From Octopus sinensis (Eukaryota): a DNA stretch of 64,000 nucleotides. This document shows, one piece after another, positions 42,671 to 56,993 of the stretch; position 1 is the stretch's first letter, and each line of letters begins with the position of its first letter. The DNA lies in NCBI RefSeq assembly GCF_006345805.1, contig NC_043003.1, positions 64,790,001 through 64,854,000 of the forward strand, written 5' to 3'. The translations under genes were made by a program, and so were the position numbers. The notes under the pieces were generated by a model. It was given only the letters and a program-made list of their open reading frames with translations, made no database searches and was not told the DNA's origin.

Positions 42671-43099
42671 GAGTACCTGATGATACTTTTAAATGCCTGG
42701 CGCTTTGCCTCGGTCTGCGCTTGATCCATGACTGCGTCCCAAATGATGATGATGATAATAACTGCAAGCCAGAATATTGCAAAGACAGAGAGCAAGAAAG
42801 CCGAAAATTACTAAGATCTATCATTGGAAGTGAAAAGCATACACAGGGCCTCAAAAGTGAGTATGATATCTATTGTGACCAGTGAACTTGGGACCAGAAA
42901 CAATATTCTGATATGGAAAGCTGCAAATATCAAAGTTTATAGGAAGTACACAGTTGGCAGCAGTTCTTGGAACATCTCGTTTGTTGAGAAAGGTGTTGTT
43001 GTTGTTGTTGTTGTTGTAATCGTTCTCGTTATTGTTGTTGCTATATCGTTAGTAATATGCTAGTTGCTATTAGGATTGCTGGTATTCTTCTTCTTTTTA

Positions 43100-43158
43100 T
43101 AGTTATTATTATTATTATCATTATTAGTATAATTATAATTTTTATTATTATTTTATTT

Positions 43159-43244
<86 letters not shown>

Positions 43245-43276
43245 CATCCTCATCATCACTATCATCATCATCATCA

Positions 43277-43334
<58 letters not shown>

Positions 43335-43400
43335 GTCGTCGTCGTCGTCGTCGTCGTCGTCATCGTCATCACCGCCACCATCATCATTATTATCATTGCC
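43100..43400. repeat. Compound (ATT)n/(ATC)n/(GTC)n microsatellite
   Basis: Direct reading. Confidence 0.95.
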
Positions 43401-43861
43401 GTCGTCTCCATCGTCTTCTCTCCAGTCAGCCAATCATTCTCTCTTAATTCCCATAGAAGTGTAGAAGTATTGAAGTGACAAAGCTATCCTTTATCATTAG
43501 CAACAGGAAACCGAATTAACATAGTTGTCATGCCAGCAGAAATAGCTAGATCTCTTTACAGAGCTAGACGTTAAGAGTGTTCGATAGGGATTAGGAAGTA
43601 AGCTAGAAATAAGTATGTATTTCATTTATTTATTTATTCATTCTTTCATTCATTCATTCAATTACCCCCAGCATATCTCTGTCGACTGCTTAATCCTGTG
43701 GAGACAACCAATCTACTTAATCCTTTGAAAATCGATGACATGCTCTCAGCAGATTTCAGCAGATTCCTTCTCTTTTCGTTTGCGATCGCTGTTCACGGTA
43801 AAATAAGAATTGGAAAAGAAAACTAATTTCAACCAAACGTACACATAGCATACACTCTCAT

Positions 43862-43898
<37 letters not shown>

Positions 43899-45194
43899 AA
43901 GATGTAAAGTTATACTGTTATAAGCATGTTCATAGACACATATATAATCGAATTAAGCCAAATTCCATTAATGACATACACGACGAATCACTATGTGTGT
44001 GAGTGTGTGTGTGTGTGTGTGTGTGGTGTGTGTGTGTGTGTGTGTGTGTGAGAGTGTGTGTGTGTAAGATTTCCAGAATAAAAATAAACAAAAATGAACA
44101 AAAGCAAAACAACTAAACAAGTAAGAGAACAAGATCATTAAATTTGCACTCAAATTTAATGCGAGAGTTTTGCGCTTCGGAAAATGGTCCTTCGTCATGA
44201 AAAGTAAAACAATAGAAAACAAGCGAGTTAAACTAAAACTATACTGTGTATATAAGAATGTGTGTATATATATATTAAAAAAAAACAAACAAACAGAAGA
44301 TGCTTTAGAACGTTTTTATGGATAAAAGTAAGCAAAATATGCTTCTGGTTTCGCTCGTTTGAAAAAGACAATTAAGTCATGCTGAAATAAAAGGAAAAAT
44401 AATTGAAGAGCAATTGTGCCCGTCTAAAGCGTTGTGAGTCGATTTAGTAGACGGAAACTGAAAGAATCCCGTCGTATATATAAACATGTATATGTGCATG
44501 AGCGTGTGTGTGTGTGTGTGTGTGTGTGTCTGTATGTGTTGGGGCCTGCGTTTGTCCCCACACCAGTGATTACTTGACAACCAGTGTTGGAGTGTTTGCA
44601 TGGCCTTGTGGTTAAGGTGTTGCACCCATGATCGTAAGTTCGTGGGCTCGACTGCTGCAGCGGGTGGAGCACTGAGTTCTTAAGCAAAACACTTCGTTTC
44701 TCATAACTCCAGTCCATTCATCCGTAAATGAGTAACCATGAGACGGACCAGCGTCACTTTCTGGCGGAATACTACTCTCTCAGTAAACCGGGCTTTATGA
44801 ATTCCAGGACAGAAGACAGATATACCCAGAAAAATTACTTCTTTTTCCAACACACTTAGAGTATTGTATTCTCCCCGTATTTTCCTAACACACTTTACAG
44901 CATTACGTTCTGCAGTCTTAAACCCTTGACAACGGTTGACGCAAATATGCGATCACACTTTTGCTTGCTTACCTGCAGTTAACGTAAATATACGATGTAG
45001 AGCTGCCCTACATCTATCAAGGTCTTTTAAGCGGCTGACGTATGTTTACGTTCACTATCGTGTACTTTATCTCTTGAGGTACGCGCGCTCGCCGTCCCGT
45101 GGATTATCTTAGCTATTTTACGTTACGTGCAACTCATGAGACTAGCAGTAGACCAATGAAATGAGGATACTTTACATGCATATGCATGTAAATT

Positions 45195-45920
45195 TCCGAG
45201 GAAGGGGAAGAAGGAGAGGAGAGTGAAGAATCACTTCCTGGAAAGTTCCGAGGAGAGGGAGGGATTACTTCCTGGAAAGTTCCGAGGAGGGAGAAGAATG
45301 ATTTCTTTCAAAGCTCAGAGGAGGGGATGAATTATTTATTCCCTGGAAAGTTCCGAGGAGGGGGAAGGGGTGAGGGGGAGGAAAAGGATGAATTACTTCA
45401 TGGAAATTTTCGAGGCGGGAGAATTACTTCCTGGGAAGTTCCAAGGATAGAGAGGAATGAAGTAAATTTTCCTGGAAAGTTCCGAGGGTGTGTAGGAATA
45501 AAATCCTGGAAAGTTCCGAGGATAGGGAGGAAGAGCAGAAATTACTTCCTGGAAAAATACAAGGAAGGGGAAGGAATTATTTGCTGGATAGTTGCGTGGA
45601 GAGGGCGGAAGGTCAGGATTTACTTCCTGGTAAGTTCTGAGGAGGAGAGGAATTACTTCCTGCAAAGTTCCGAGGAGGGGGGATAAATTGCTTCCTAGAA
45701 ATTTCTGAGGAGGGGAGGAAGGGGAGAAATTACTTACTTGAAAGTTCTGAGGTGTGGGAGGAATTATTTCCTGAATAATTCCGGCGAGTGGGGAGAAAAT
45801 ATTTCCTCGAAAGTTTCGAGGATTTCCTGAGAAGTTCCGAGGACGAGGACGAAAGGGAAGAATTACATTCTGGAAAGTTCCGGGTAGGGGGTGAAGGAGT
45901 GGAATTACTTCCTTTGAAGT
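45195..45920. repeat. Purine-rich minisatellite, about 19-20 units, core gaattacttcctggaaagttccgaggagg
   Basis: Direct reading. Variable G/A linkers. Runs into the gap. Confidence 0.92.
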
Positions 45921-46020
45921 NNNNNNNNNNNNNNNNNNNNNNNNNNNNNNNNNNNNNNNNNNNNNNNNNNNNNNNNNNNNNNNNNNNNNNNNNNNNNNNN
46001 NNNNNNNNNNNNNNNNNNNN
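45921..46020. other. Assembly gap (100 N)
   Basis: Run of N. Confidence 1.
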
Positions 46021-46173
46021 TACAGCAGGGATCACCACCATCCCTGCCCGAGCCTCGTGGAGCTTTTAGGTGTTTTCGCTCAATAAACACTCACAACACC
46101 CGGTCTGGGAATCGAAACCGCGATCCTATGACCGCGAGTCCGCTGCCCTAACCACTGGGCTATTGCGCCTCCA
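46021..46173 (-). mobile_element. SINE family C head
   Basis: ggaggcgcaatagcccagtggttagggcagcggac..ggtttcgattccc tRNA-like head. Confidence 0.8.
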
Positions 46174-46336
46174 CTGATACATACATATACAAATAAACAC
46201 ACACATATTTATTTATTTATTAGTCTTTCAGTTATGTCAGTTTAGACTACGGCCATGCCGGACATTATTTTCAATCTATTAAATCGAACCCAGCGCTTAT
46301 TTTTCAAATTTTACTATTTATTCTATGTATTTATGG

Positions 46337-46613
46337 TGAAAGCGCGTTGTGTAGTGGCTAGGGTACGAGGCTCACGGTCACGGGTTCGACACTCTTTCTC
46401 ATTGCTCCACAGCTGGCAAACACGAGTAGTACCTGTAATTCAAAGGGCCAGCCTTGTCACATTCAGTGTCACGCTGAATCTCCCTAAGAACTACGTTAAG
46501 GGTATGCATGTCTGTGGAGTGCTCAGCCACTTGGACATTAATTTCTCGACCAGAAGGCTGTTCCGTCGATCGGATCAACAGGAACGCTCGCCATCGTAAC
46601 CGATGGGCTGCCG
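46337..46613 (+). mobile_element. SINE with family C tail
   Basis: Matches 27284-27592 reversed. Confidence 0.75.
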
Positions 46614-47671
46614 GTTTCTATTCATGGTATTTATTCACTTTTTAATGAAATTCTAAGTTATGGGTATGTAAACAAACTAACACCGGTTGTCAAGGCACGC
46701 ATACACATACACACACACTCACCTCTCACTCTCTTCCTCTTTCTCTCTTCTCTCGCTCATACACACACACATACACATAACGACATGTCTGCGTATAATT
46801 TCGCCAAACAATTTCATTTCATGTTCAAGCGATTTGTTGGTTCGAAGTATAGTAGAAGACGCTTACCCAGACAGGTCTTTCATTACATATGTATATAGGC
46901 GGAGGAGTGGCTGTGTGATAAGAAACTTACTTACTAACTTCATGGCTCTGGGTTCAGTCCCATTGCGTGGCACCTTGGGCAAGTGTCTTCTACTATAGCC
47001 TCGGGGTGACCAAAGACTTCTGAGTGGATTTGTTAGATGGAAACTGAAAGAAGCCCATATATATATATATATGTTTGTGTATCTGTTTGTCCCCCACCAA
47101 TCGCGTGTTTCGAAGGTAACAGCATTGAGTCGAACCAGGGGCAGCTGATGAAGGGGATTTTCCTGTATTGTTTGTCCTGTACTCTTTTTTTTTTTTGTTG
47201 TTTAAAAAAGTGTCCGTTTCCTCCTATTGTTTGATTTTATGTTTTCGTTTCTCGTGTTTCTCGTTTATTTGTGGTGTCCTGTACTCATAATATTAATATA
47301 TATATATAAATATGATATATATAATTTCCTGAGCGCCATACTAATACAATTGTTCGTTTGTTTTCCACCTGCTTCGTCTTTTGTTTATTTTCATAAAGCT
47401 TCCCGTTATATATATATATATGCATGTATATATACATGTAGATGTAAGTATGTACATATATTTATGTATATATGCATATATTTTATTTATTTATTATATT
47501 ATGTATATATGTATATGTATATCTTTTGTGTACAGTCACATATACTATGATTTAGAGCTCCATATATATTGTCATCATCCAATCGGCTTCCAGCATAATG
47601 GTATATCTTGTCTATATACCTACCTATCTACCTACCTACCTACCCATCTCTCTCTCTCTATATATATATAT

Positions 47672-47883
47672 CTTATTTCTTTATTGCCTACAACGGGCTA
47701 AACGTAGAGGGGACAAACAAGGACAGACAAAGGGATTAAGTCGATTACATCGACTCCAGTGCGTAACTGGTACTTATTTAATCAACCTCCGAAAGGATGA
47801 AAGGCTAAGTTGACCTCGGCGGAACTTGAACTCAGAACGTAAAGCATATTGCCCGGCGTGCTAACGTTTCCGCCAGCTCGCCG
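47672..47883 (-). mobile_element. SINE B, tail type 2
   Basis: Family similarity. Confidence 0.85.
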
Positions 47884-47930
47884 ATCTATCTATCTATCCA
47901 TCCATCTATCTATCTATCTATCTATCTATC

Positions 47931-47973
<43 letters not shown>

Positions 47974-48014
47974 GTCTATCTGTCTATCTGTCTATCTGTC
48001 TATCTATCTATCTG

Positions 48015-48133
<119 letters not shown>

Positions 48134-48190
48134 ATCTTTATATACATGCATTCATGCATACATACATACATACATAACATACACACGCAC

Positions 48191-48229
<39 letters not shown>

Positions 48230-48789
48230 TGTGTGTGTATGTGTGTGTGTGAGAGTATATGAAGAAGCCCCCGCGTAGTCACTCGACTTGGTAGATGTAG
48301 CAACCAAAGTCCCTGAAACCAGTTCTTTCTGTTTCAAATGAAAAACAAATAACAATGAACATTGTATAATGTAATCCAGGGTACACTACGCCAAGAAAAA
48401 AGAAATAAGAAGAACGATACGATCATAGTCTTGCTAAGAATCGTTTTGATCATAGCTCTGCTCTATCATGGATGACTTGAGAGGGGGGGGGGCTACACGA
48501 CAGCAACTACAATAACAAAAGTTATAACGAATGCGACGACATCGTTGATATCTGAAGTTATATTCGATAATGTTAGAATTTGATACATCATGCTTGACAA
48601 AATAAATAAAAGAATAAATAAATAAATAAATAAATAAATAAATATATAAATGAAAGAATCAATCAATGGATAAATGAATAAATGAATAAATAAATAAATA
48701 AACAAGAGGTCATGGCGTTGATCACAGGTCTGCTCAATCCGCGCTATGGTGCTAAACGACAACAAGATCAAGAAAAATAACAACGAACA

Positions 48790-48832
<43 letters not shown>

Positions 48833-48834
48833 AA

Positions 48835-48907
<73 letters not shown>

Positions 48908-49920
48908 GTATATATTATATATATATGTATGTATGTATGTAGGTATGTATGTATGTATTATATATATATAATCTAGATATATATATATGTATGTATATAT
49001 AATAACACAAATAATAATAACATGTGAAGAAATAAGTGGATGTCCAAAGAAAGAAGCAAAATGTCTGGGAAATAGTTTCTTGCAATTCGTATAAAAAGAT
49101 GGCGTTATGCCTGGTGTTTGAAGAGACTTTTTGAAAGTTTTTGAACATGAGAGAACGAAATGAAATAAACTGGATTTTTTTGTTTTGTTTATTTCTCCAA
49201 TCATGCTTTTCTTTTTCTTTACACTCCATTGTTGTCAATTGTTAACGTCCATTTTGATGAATAAAATAAACAAGCAACAACAAAAAAGAACAAAAAAGAA
49301 AATCCGACATAGTTTTTGTTGGAATTCTTGAATATAAAAGATATCTTTTGACGATAAGGATATCTTTTGTCGAATGAAAGAGATAATTTCGTTTTCTTTT
49401 TTTTTTTTTTTTCGAGAGGCTGGAATGTGAAATAGGAAAAAGTTATAGTTTTATTTTATTTTATTTTTTATTCGTTTTTTTTTTTGGTTCCAGTCAATGC
49501 ACTGCGGCCATACTAGAGCACCGCCTCCAAGAGCTTTTAGTTGAGCAGTATTTCTCTTTTGCAGTCTTTATCGTATTTATTTATCAAATTGCTAAGTACA
49601 TAAAAGACTTAAAAGATCGTAAAATCGATTGAGAGCAGTAAACATAAAAACAAAGTCACACATACACACAATTCTATTTGTTTGTTTGTTTGTCTGTGTG
49701 TGTGAATGTGTGTGTGTTGTGTGCGCGCGCGTGTGCTTTTGTGTGTGTCTGTGTATAATGTCCGTTATATGGAATAGAGGTAGTATTAGATTAAAATAGC
49801 CATCTATGTATCATGTTTAATGTAAATGTTACATTGAAAGGCAAATTTACCGCGGCATTTTTTCGGGAGATTGTATCTCTTATGAACGTGCTATGTTTAA
49901 AAGCACTGTATATATATATG

Positions 49921-49984
<64 letters not shown>

Positions 49985-50356
49985 TACATACATACATACA
50001 TACATACATACATACATGCACACACCACACACACAACACACACACACATATATATATATATAGAGAGAGAGTCAGACTGACAGACAGAAAGAAAGGTAGA
50101 CAGACGGGCAGACAAACAGACAGAGTGCTAGATGGAGAGATAGATAGATAGATAGCTGCCAGGTTTCCGTTCAGCTTCCGTCCATCGAATGCATTTCCAA
50201 AACCAATAAATGGCCAACACGAAGCTACAGAAGTGTATATTTCTAATAAGGGTGAGTAAGCACCATTGGAAGCAGGGTTGGGCACCGTGAGTATTAAAAA
50301 AAGGGAAACCAAAATGAAGATAATATAAAAGTTTTAAACTTGCCTAACATCAGTGC

Positions 50357-51115
50357 AAAGAAAGAATTATAGGAAGATAAAAACCTTTTGCCAGGGTTTG
50401 ATTTTTGTTAGGACCGACCAAAGTAACGCGACGTGGGTTCGAACACAGTAGTACATGATACAAAAATTGAATTCTTAACCGTAAGGCTATTTTTATCGTG
50501 GATTCCACTATCATAGTATTTCACTGGCGTTATTTATTTTACATTGAGTCTCGAGTGGTTTGAATGTAATGAAATATAAAGGCTTTGAACGTAAAAGGAA
50601 CGAAACTGTTGTATACTTGTCATCTTATTGTTTATATGATTCAGGCATTGGGCCGCGGCCATGCTAGGGTATCACTTGAAGTGTTTAGTCCAATCATGTC
50701 TGCGCTTATGATTACTTTTTTAACCCAAGGTTAACAACTTTTAGCAGAACTTAACATAAGAGACGTTCTGATTGTTATACAGACGTCTTAGGCGCAGGCG
50801 TGGCTTTGTGGTTAAGACGTTTGCTTTGCGGTCACGGGATTTGTTTAATATTAATGTGAAGAAAGAACTATAGGAAGGTAAAATATTTTGGCAGGGTTTG
50901 GGTTTTGTCAGGCCTGTCCTAAGTAACGTGCTGTGGGATCGAACATAGTAGTACATGGTACAAAAATTAAATTCTTAACCGTATGGCTATGTGTATCGTA
51001 GATTCAACTATCATAGTTGTTCACCGACGTTGTTTATTTTACATTGAGTCTAGATTTGTTTAAATGTAATGAAATATAAAGTCTTTGAATGTAACAGGAA
51101 CGAAAATGTTGCATA
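50357..51115. repeat. Direct repeat of about 260 bp (50357-50615 and 50858-51115)
   Basis: Collinear diverged copies about 500 bp apart. Confidence 0.85.
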
Positions 51116-51358
51116 ATTGCGCGCCGCCATTGGTAAGTATCTGATATCATAGGCCCCAGGCCCAGGAATACCTCGTGAGTGGATTTAGTAGAGAAAAACA
51201 GTATAGAAGTCCGTCTTGTGTATTCGTGTGTTTGTGTTTGCCCCCCACCGACTGCTGGAGGTTCGTTTACGTTTCCGTAACTGAGCGGTTCGGCTAAAAG
51301 TCCCGGTAGAATAAGTAACAGGCTTAAAAATTATGTACTGGGATTTTTTCAGCTAAAC

Positions 51359-51714
51359 CAGTTCTTAACCGGGGTTCGTATGGCATCTGAGGATCCATAT
51401 AAGATTTTTTGGGGGAGGGGGTTATACAACAAAATAGTAAATTGGGCAACCACAAGGGTGTTTTAAGGGTTCCTGAAAAATATTGCTTTAGATGTGGGTT
51501 TTGGAATGTATTGCAAGAAGGAGCTGAGAATCTTTCTCTAACATTTTACATAATTCAAGCTAACATATGTTAATGTGTGAAAAGCAAAATAGGAGTTTTA
51601 AAAGAAGCATCTATAGAGCTAGTTTTTAAACAATGAAGGGCTATGGGGGTCCACCAGAATAAAATAGTAATCAAAGGGGTCCATAGATAAAAAAAAAATG
51701 GTTGATAATCCCTG
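51359..51714. mobile_element. hAT-Charlie-like MITE inside a SINE A (51130-51785)
   Basis: cagttcttaacc / ggttgataatccctg ends and 8-bp TSD agctaaac / ggctaaac. Confidence 0.72.
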
Positions 51715-52543
51715 GGCTAAACCCTTCAAAGTGGTGCCCCAGCATGGCTACCAGTCCTGTGACTGAAAGAGTTGAAAGATAAAAGATCTCTAGAGATTAT
51801 AGTCGACTGAACAGACTTCAGCACGGGACTGCTATTTATTCTCCTGGTGCCCCAGGGTGAAAAGGATGAAAGAACGATGAAGCGAAATGTCTAAGAAATA
51901 TTTTTTCATGTACGCGTATTTTTTGTATAAATCGTAGCGTTCCCGTCAGATGTTTGAAGCTAGAATTTTAGAGGTTTTGAAACATAAGAGAATGAAATAA
52001 AATGTACAGTATTTTATGTTTTTATCTTCTTATTCCATCGTCGTCAACTGCTAACGTCCATTTTGATCAAATGTGAGGCTTGCATACAAGAGATGAAGGA
52101 AAACCTGGCGTACATTAAGTGTTCGTTTCGACATTTGTTGGACTCTTTGCTTTTCCATCCCCGTTTTTTTCTCTTCCTCTCCCCCTCTCTCTAGCTCTAG
52201 CCCTCCTCTTTTTCTGTTCACTTCACCCTGTTTCTCCCCTCATCTCTCTCTCAGTGTCTTCTACACATGCGCGCAAAGCCTTTCACATATCCTCACAATA
52301 CCATTGTTCTGTGACCACTTTTAGAATGTTATCTCCTCTTCCTCTTCCTCTTTCTCTCTACTTTTCCCTTTCTCTCTCTCTCTCTCTGTTATTTTTTCTT
52401 TTGTTCTTCCCTCTCCCCTTCTTTCCCTTCTGTAAAATCATCCACACACTCACAAACGTACACATAACCCAGCCACATTCATATACCCGTAAACTTTCTT
52501 CATGACATACGCATGCACGTCCCATTTTCGTTCTTTCGCTACC

Positions 52544-52619
<76 letters not shown>

Positions 52620-52736
52620 TACACACACGCTCACTCCCTCTATCATTCTCGCTCCATGGTATTCATTGTAACTCTCACTACTTCACTCTTATTCATATTC
52701 GTATCATTCTCTCTTTAGCTCAATCTCTCTCCCTTA

Positions 52737-52893
<157 letters not shown>

Positions 52894-53513
52894 GTGTGTG
52901 TGTGTGTATCTCAAACACAGACAATCCAAAATTCCGAGATCTCACTCCTTTCAAACTTCAACTATTCTACGCCTCCACCCTCCCCGACCCTCTTCCTCTC
53001 CCTCTTTCATCTCAACATCTCAACCACCTAAATTTCTACCCCCACCTCCCCCACTATCTATCTTTGCCCCTCTCCAACCAACCTTCTTTACATTGCTTAC
53101 TCTCACCCCCACGCTCCTTCCAACCTTATCACACTCCCCACGACTCTTTACATTTGACTTCGTCCCTTCTCCCATCTCACCCTTTCCATCGCCTCTTTCA
53201 CACACCACACACACACACACACACATATGCGTTACGTTTTATATTATATTTTCTCATATTTGTTTCGTCTAATGTCGAACACGTCTATTGTTATTTTCGT
53301 TTCCGTTTCATTTTTGTTTTTAATTCTTACCCTTTTTTTATTTCCGAATTGTTATTGTAGCTTGTTGTTCTGTCAGTCTGTCTGGCCCCATTTCTCGCAC
53401 TCTTTCTCTCTCCTTCTGTGTACACACACAGACAAACACGCACACAACCTCTTCTCTATCACACATGCTCTCCTTGTCTTAGATGCAGCTTATGAATGTG
53501 TATGAATACATAT

Positions 53514-53600
<87 letters not shown>

Positions 53601-53681
53601 TGTGTGTGTGCGTGTGTGTTCTCGTGTGTGTATGTATATTTATATAACATCACCTCCACCTCCTTTCAGTACGTCAACATT

Positions 53682-53892
53682 CTTTCTGCTCTAGGCATAG
53701 GCACAAGACCTGAAATTTTGGGGGAGCAGTCGAATAGATCGACTCCAGTACGCAACTGGTACTTGATTTATCGACCCAGAAAGGATGGAAGTCAAAGTCG
53801 ACCTCGGCGGAATTTGAACTTAAAACGTAACGCAGACGAAATACCGCTAAGCATTTCGCCCGGCGTGCTAACGTTTCTGCCAACTCGCCGCC
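53682..53892 (-). mobile_element. SINE B, tail type 1, with 17-bp TSD
   Basis: ttcagtacgtcaacatt at 53665-53681 and 53893-53909. Confidence 0.9.
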
Positions 53893-56090
53893 TTCAGTAC
53901 GTCAACATTAATGCTATTTGCATCTAAGCCATTCTAACCCCATTTCATGCTAACTCTGTCTAGGTATGTGTGCTTTTAAGCATGAATTTGTGGGTATATT
54001 GTTATTTAGTTAGCAGTGATTGAACAGGCCTCTGATCCAATCGCTTTCCAGCCGTGACGATCCGGCCATTATTCAAATAAAGTACTTAAAATTTTCTACC
54101 TGTTTTTGAAGGGAGTTAAAGTGATATTTGTGAGGGATTTCCCTATTATTTCTTGCATCCCGAGCAACAACATAGATGCGCCATCTTAGCCTTGCTGTCA
54201 ATATTTTTAGATAGAAAGTATATAATTAATAATGTATACTCGTGCAGTGAATTAAGATTAGTTTTCTGATTGAATCGTGTTGTTGACATCTTCAACGAGA
54301 AAAGAAGTTAAAAAACCACACTCTGGTAAAAATATATTAAAAACAAGTTTTCACAATTTGCAGTACGCTGTAAACTTTAAACATTGCTTATTTATACGCA
54401 TCACTAATAATTAATATGTAGCCTTCTTTACATTTGTACATGTGTATAAAAATAGCGTATTTAACTTTGGGACAAGACAGGGCTGTGGATTAGCGCTTAA
54501 AAGTCCAAGTCAGTTGGTGGCGTCCGAGCACGACTTGTCAATCTGGGACAAAATCGATTGACCGATTGAAAATAAAGTGAACGACCCTTGGATTTAGAAA
54601 GTCGACTGGTGGCAGAATTCGATTTGGATTACGTGCAGTTCAATACCAATCACAAGATTTTTTGTCAGTCCGGTATGTTTGTATCAGCAGAGAGCTGAAG
54701 AAGTTATTTTGCCCGAAATACTAATCCATTATTGACAACTTTTTGTCTTTCTTTCGTTCTTTCTTTCTTGATGACTGATGCCTTGTGGTGTTTAGGTTTT
54801 ATAGACTTTCTGTTGACTTAACTCAGTTACAGTTAAGCTTTGATAACTGGAAAAAAATGGTTCATCACACTACTTAGAAAATATTCAACCTCAATCCTGG
54901 GCCATCGTTAACATCTGCACATTCTAACACTGTTGTGTATAGAGTGTATACATCGATAAGACTGTCATATCGCCAGTGCTAGGTGCTATGTGCGTTAATC
55001 CTTTTCAAACTTTCCTTTTCATTTCCACCATCACATAGCAACCACCTTTAACAATTCCGACAAATCATCATCATTATCAACGTCAGAAAACACCACGACC
55101 CCAACCGATATCTGTACACACACACACACGCACGCGCGCGCGCACACACCTTCATATACACATACAGACTCATGTACACACACACAAACATGCACGAATA
55201 CGAACAAGTATGCGCAGAAGAATGAATGTATTCCTGTCTTTTCTTATCAGACCATATCCCTGTTGATACGGAGAAATGTGGCAACACCCGTTAAACATTA
55301 CTCACATATATTTAAATGATGCATTTTTGCATTGAAACATTCGTATGTACATACATACATACATACACACACACACATATGTATGTATCACTGTATGTAT
55401 ATTACAACACACACATACACACATAGATATGTATTTTATCATGCATATATGTATGTATACATGAACACATGCCTCACCACCACCACCACCACCACCACCA
55501 CTATATTTTTGACAATCTGTTTTTCTCCTCATGCTAGACTGGGCGTGTTTTTATTTCTCTGCATTCTGCGACATTAATTTGAATGATTGATAAATTCTCC
55601 TGGTTAGGACGCCAGTCTGTCTCAAGTAGTTTCCCCCATGGGAAAACGTGAACTTAGCACTACAAGTCAATGAAGCTTTCGTCAGTTGTAGTCTTTCTTT
55701 GTATATGCGGTGAAAATAAACTTGTATACATTCACTAGACTCACGAAAATTACAGTTAAATCTCCCTCCAATCACAACCTGTTTCTTAAGAAAGACAGTG
55801 GGTTCTGAATGTATCAAAAAAGACTTGCTGGCTACCAGTAAAGCTTCTTATTTTCCTATCATTTACTTGTTTGAGCTATTGGACTACGGCCATGCTGGAG
55901 CACCAACTCGAAGGGGTTAGCTGAACAAATTGATCCCAGTACTTGTTTTTAAAATTTGGTACTTATTCTTTCGGTCTCTTCTGTTAAATTACTAAATTAG
56001 AAGAACGTAAACAAACCATCACTAGCTATCAAGCGGTGTAGACGCAATAACACACACACACACACACATACACACACACACACACATACT

Positions 56091-56122
<32 letters not shown>

Positions 56123-56359
56123 CACATATAACACAAAGAATGGAAAATTGCACATTGTTTAATCAGCTTACGCGCGTTTCGGATATGATAGCATTTCAAA
56201 ATTCTGTGATTCCAATTTAAAATTAGTTGACGTTTGAACTTTAGATTTACAAAGTGGACAGACTGCGGAAAGTAATTTTACGGCCGATGTGGATTAAAAT
56301 GACTTTCACTGGACTATTTAGTTAGCCGAGTTTGATCCTTACAAAGTGCTCATAAAGTA

Positions 56360-56993
56360 TACGCTTGCCTCCCAACCACATTGTTCTGGGTTCAATTCCA
56401 CCACATGGCACCTTGGGCAAGTATCTTCTAATATAGCCCCGGGCCGGCCAAAGCCTTGTGAGTGGATTTGGTAGATGGAAACTGAAAGAAGCCTGTCGTA
56501 TATATAGAAAAATATATATGTATGTATATATTTATGTGTGTGTGTCTTTGTGTCTGCGTTTCTCCCCTCGCCATCGCTTGACGTGTGTGTCTTTCTGTCT
56601 GCGTTTGTGCCCTCGCCATCGCTTAACAACCGATGTTAGTATGCTTATGTCCCCGTAACTTAGCATTTCGGCAAAAGACACCGATAGAATAAGTACTATA
56701 CTTACAAAGAATAAGTCCTAGGGGCGATTTCTTCGGTAAAAACTGTCCGCAGTTAAATGACTGAAACAAGTAAAATATCCTTTTCTACTCTAGGCACAAG
56801 GCCCGAAATTTTGGAGGAGGGGGCTAGTCAATTAGATCGTCTCCAGTATGCAACTGGTACTTAATTTATCGATCCCGGAAGTATGAAAGGAAAAGTCGAC
56901 TTCGGGGGAAATTGAACTCAGAACGTAAAGACAGACGAAATACTACTAAGCATTTCGCCCGGCGTGCTAACAATTCTGCCAGCTCGCCGCCTT
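56360..56993. mobile_element. SINE A (+, 56360-56775) tail-to-tail with SINE B (-, 56776-56993)
   Basis: Family similarity. Confidence 0.85.

Noticed and set aside
45195-45920. CRISPR-like repeat/spacer appearance
   Set aside because: Repeats are degenerate, linkers are short low-complexity purine runs, there are no cas genes, and the context is eukaryotic.
54695-54726. CUGAAGA..GAAAU..AUC motif, and similar motifs near 5385 and 35172
   Set aside because: Helices I and II pair poorly; at best decayed relics.
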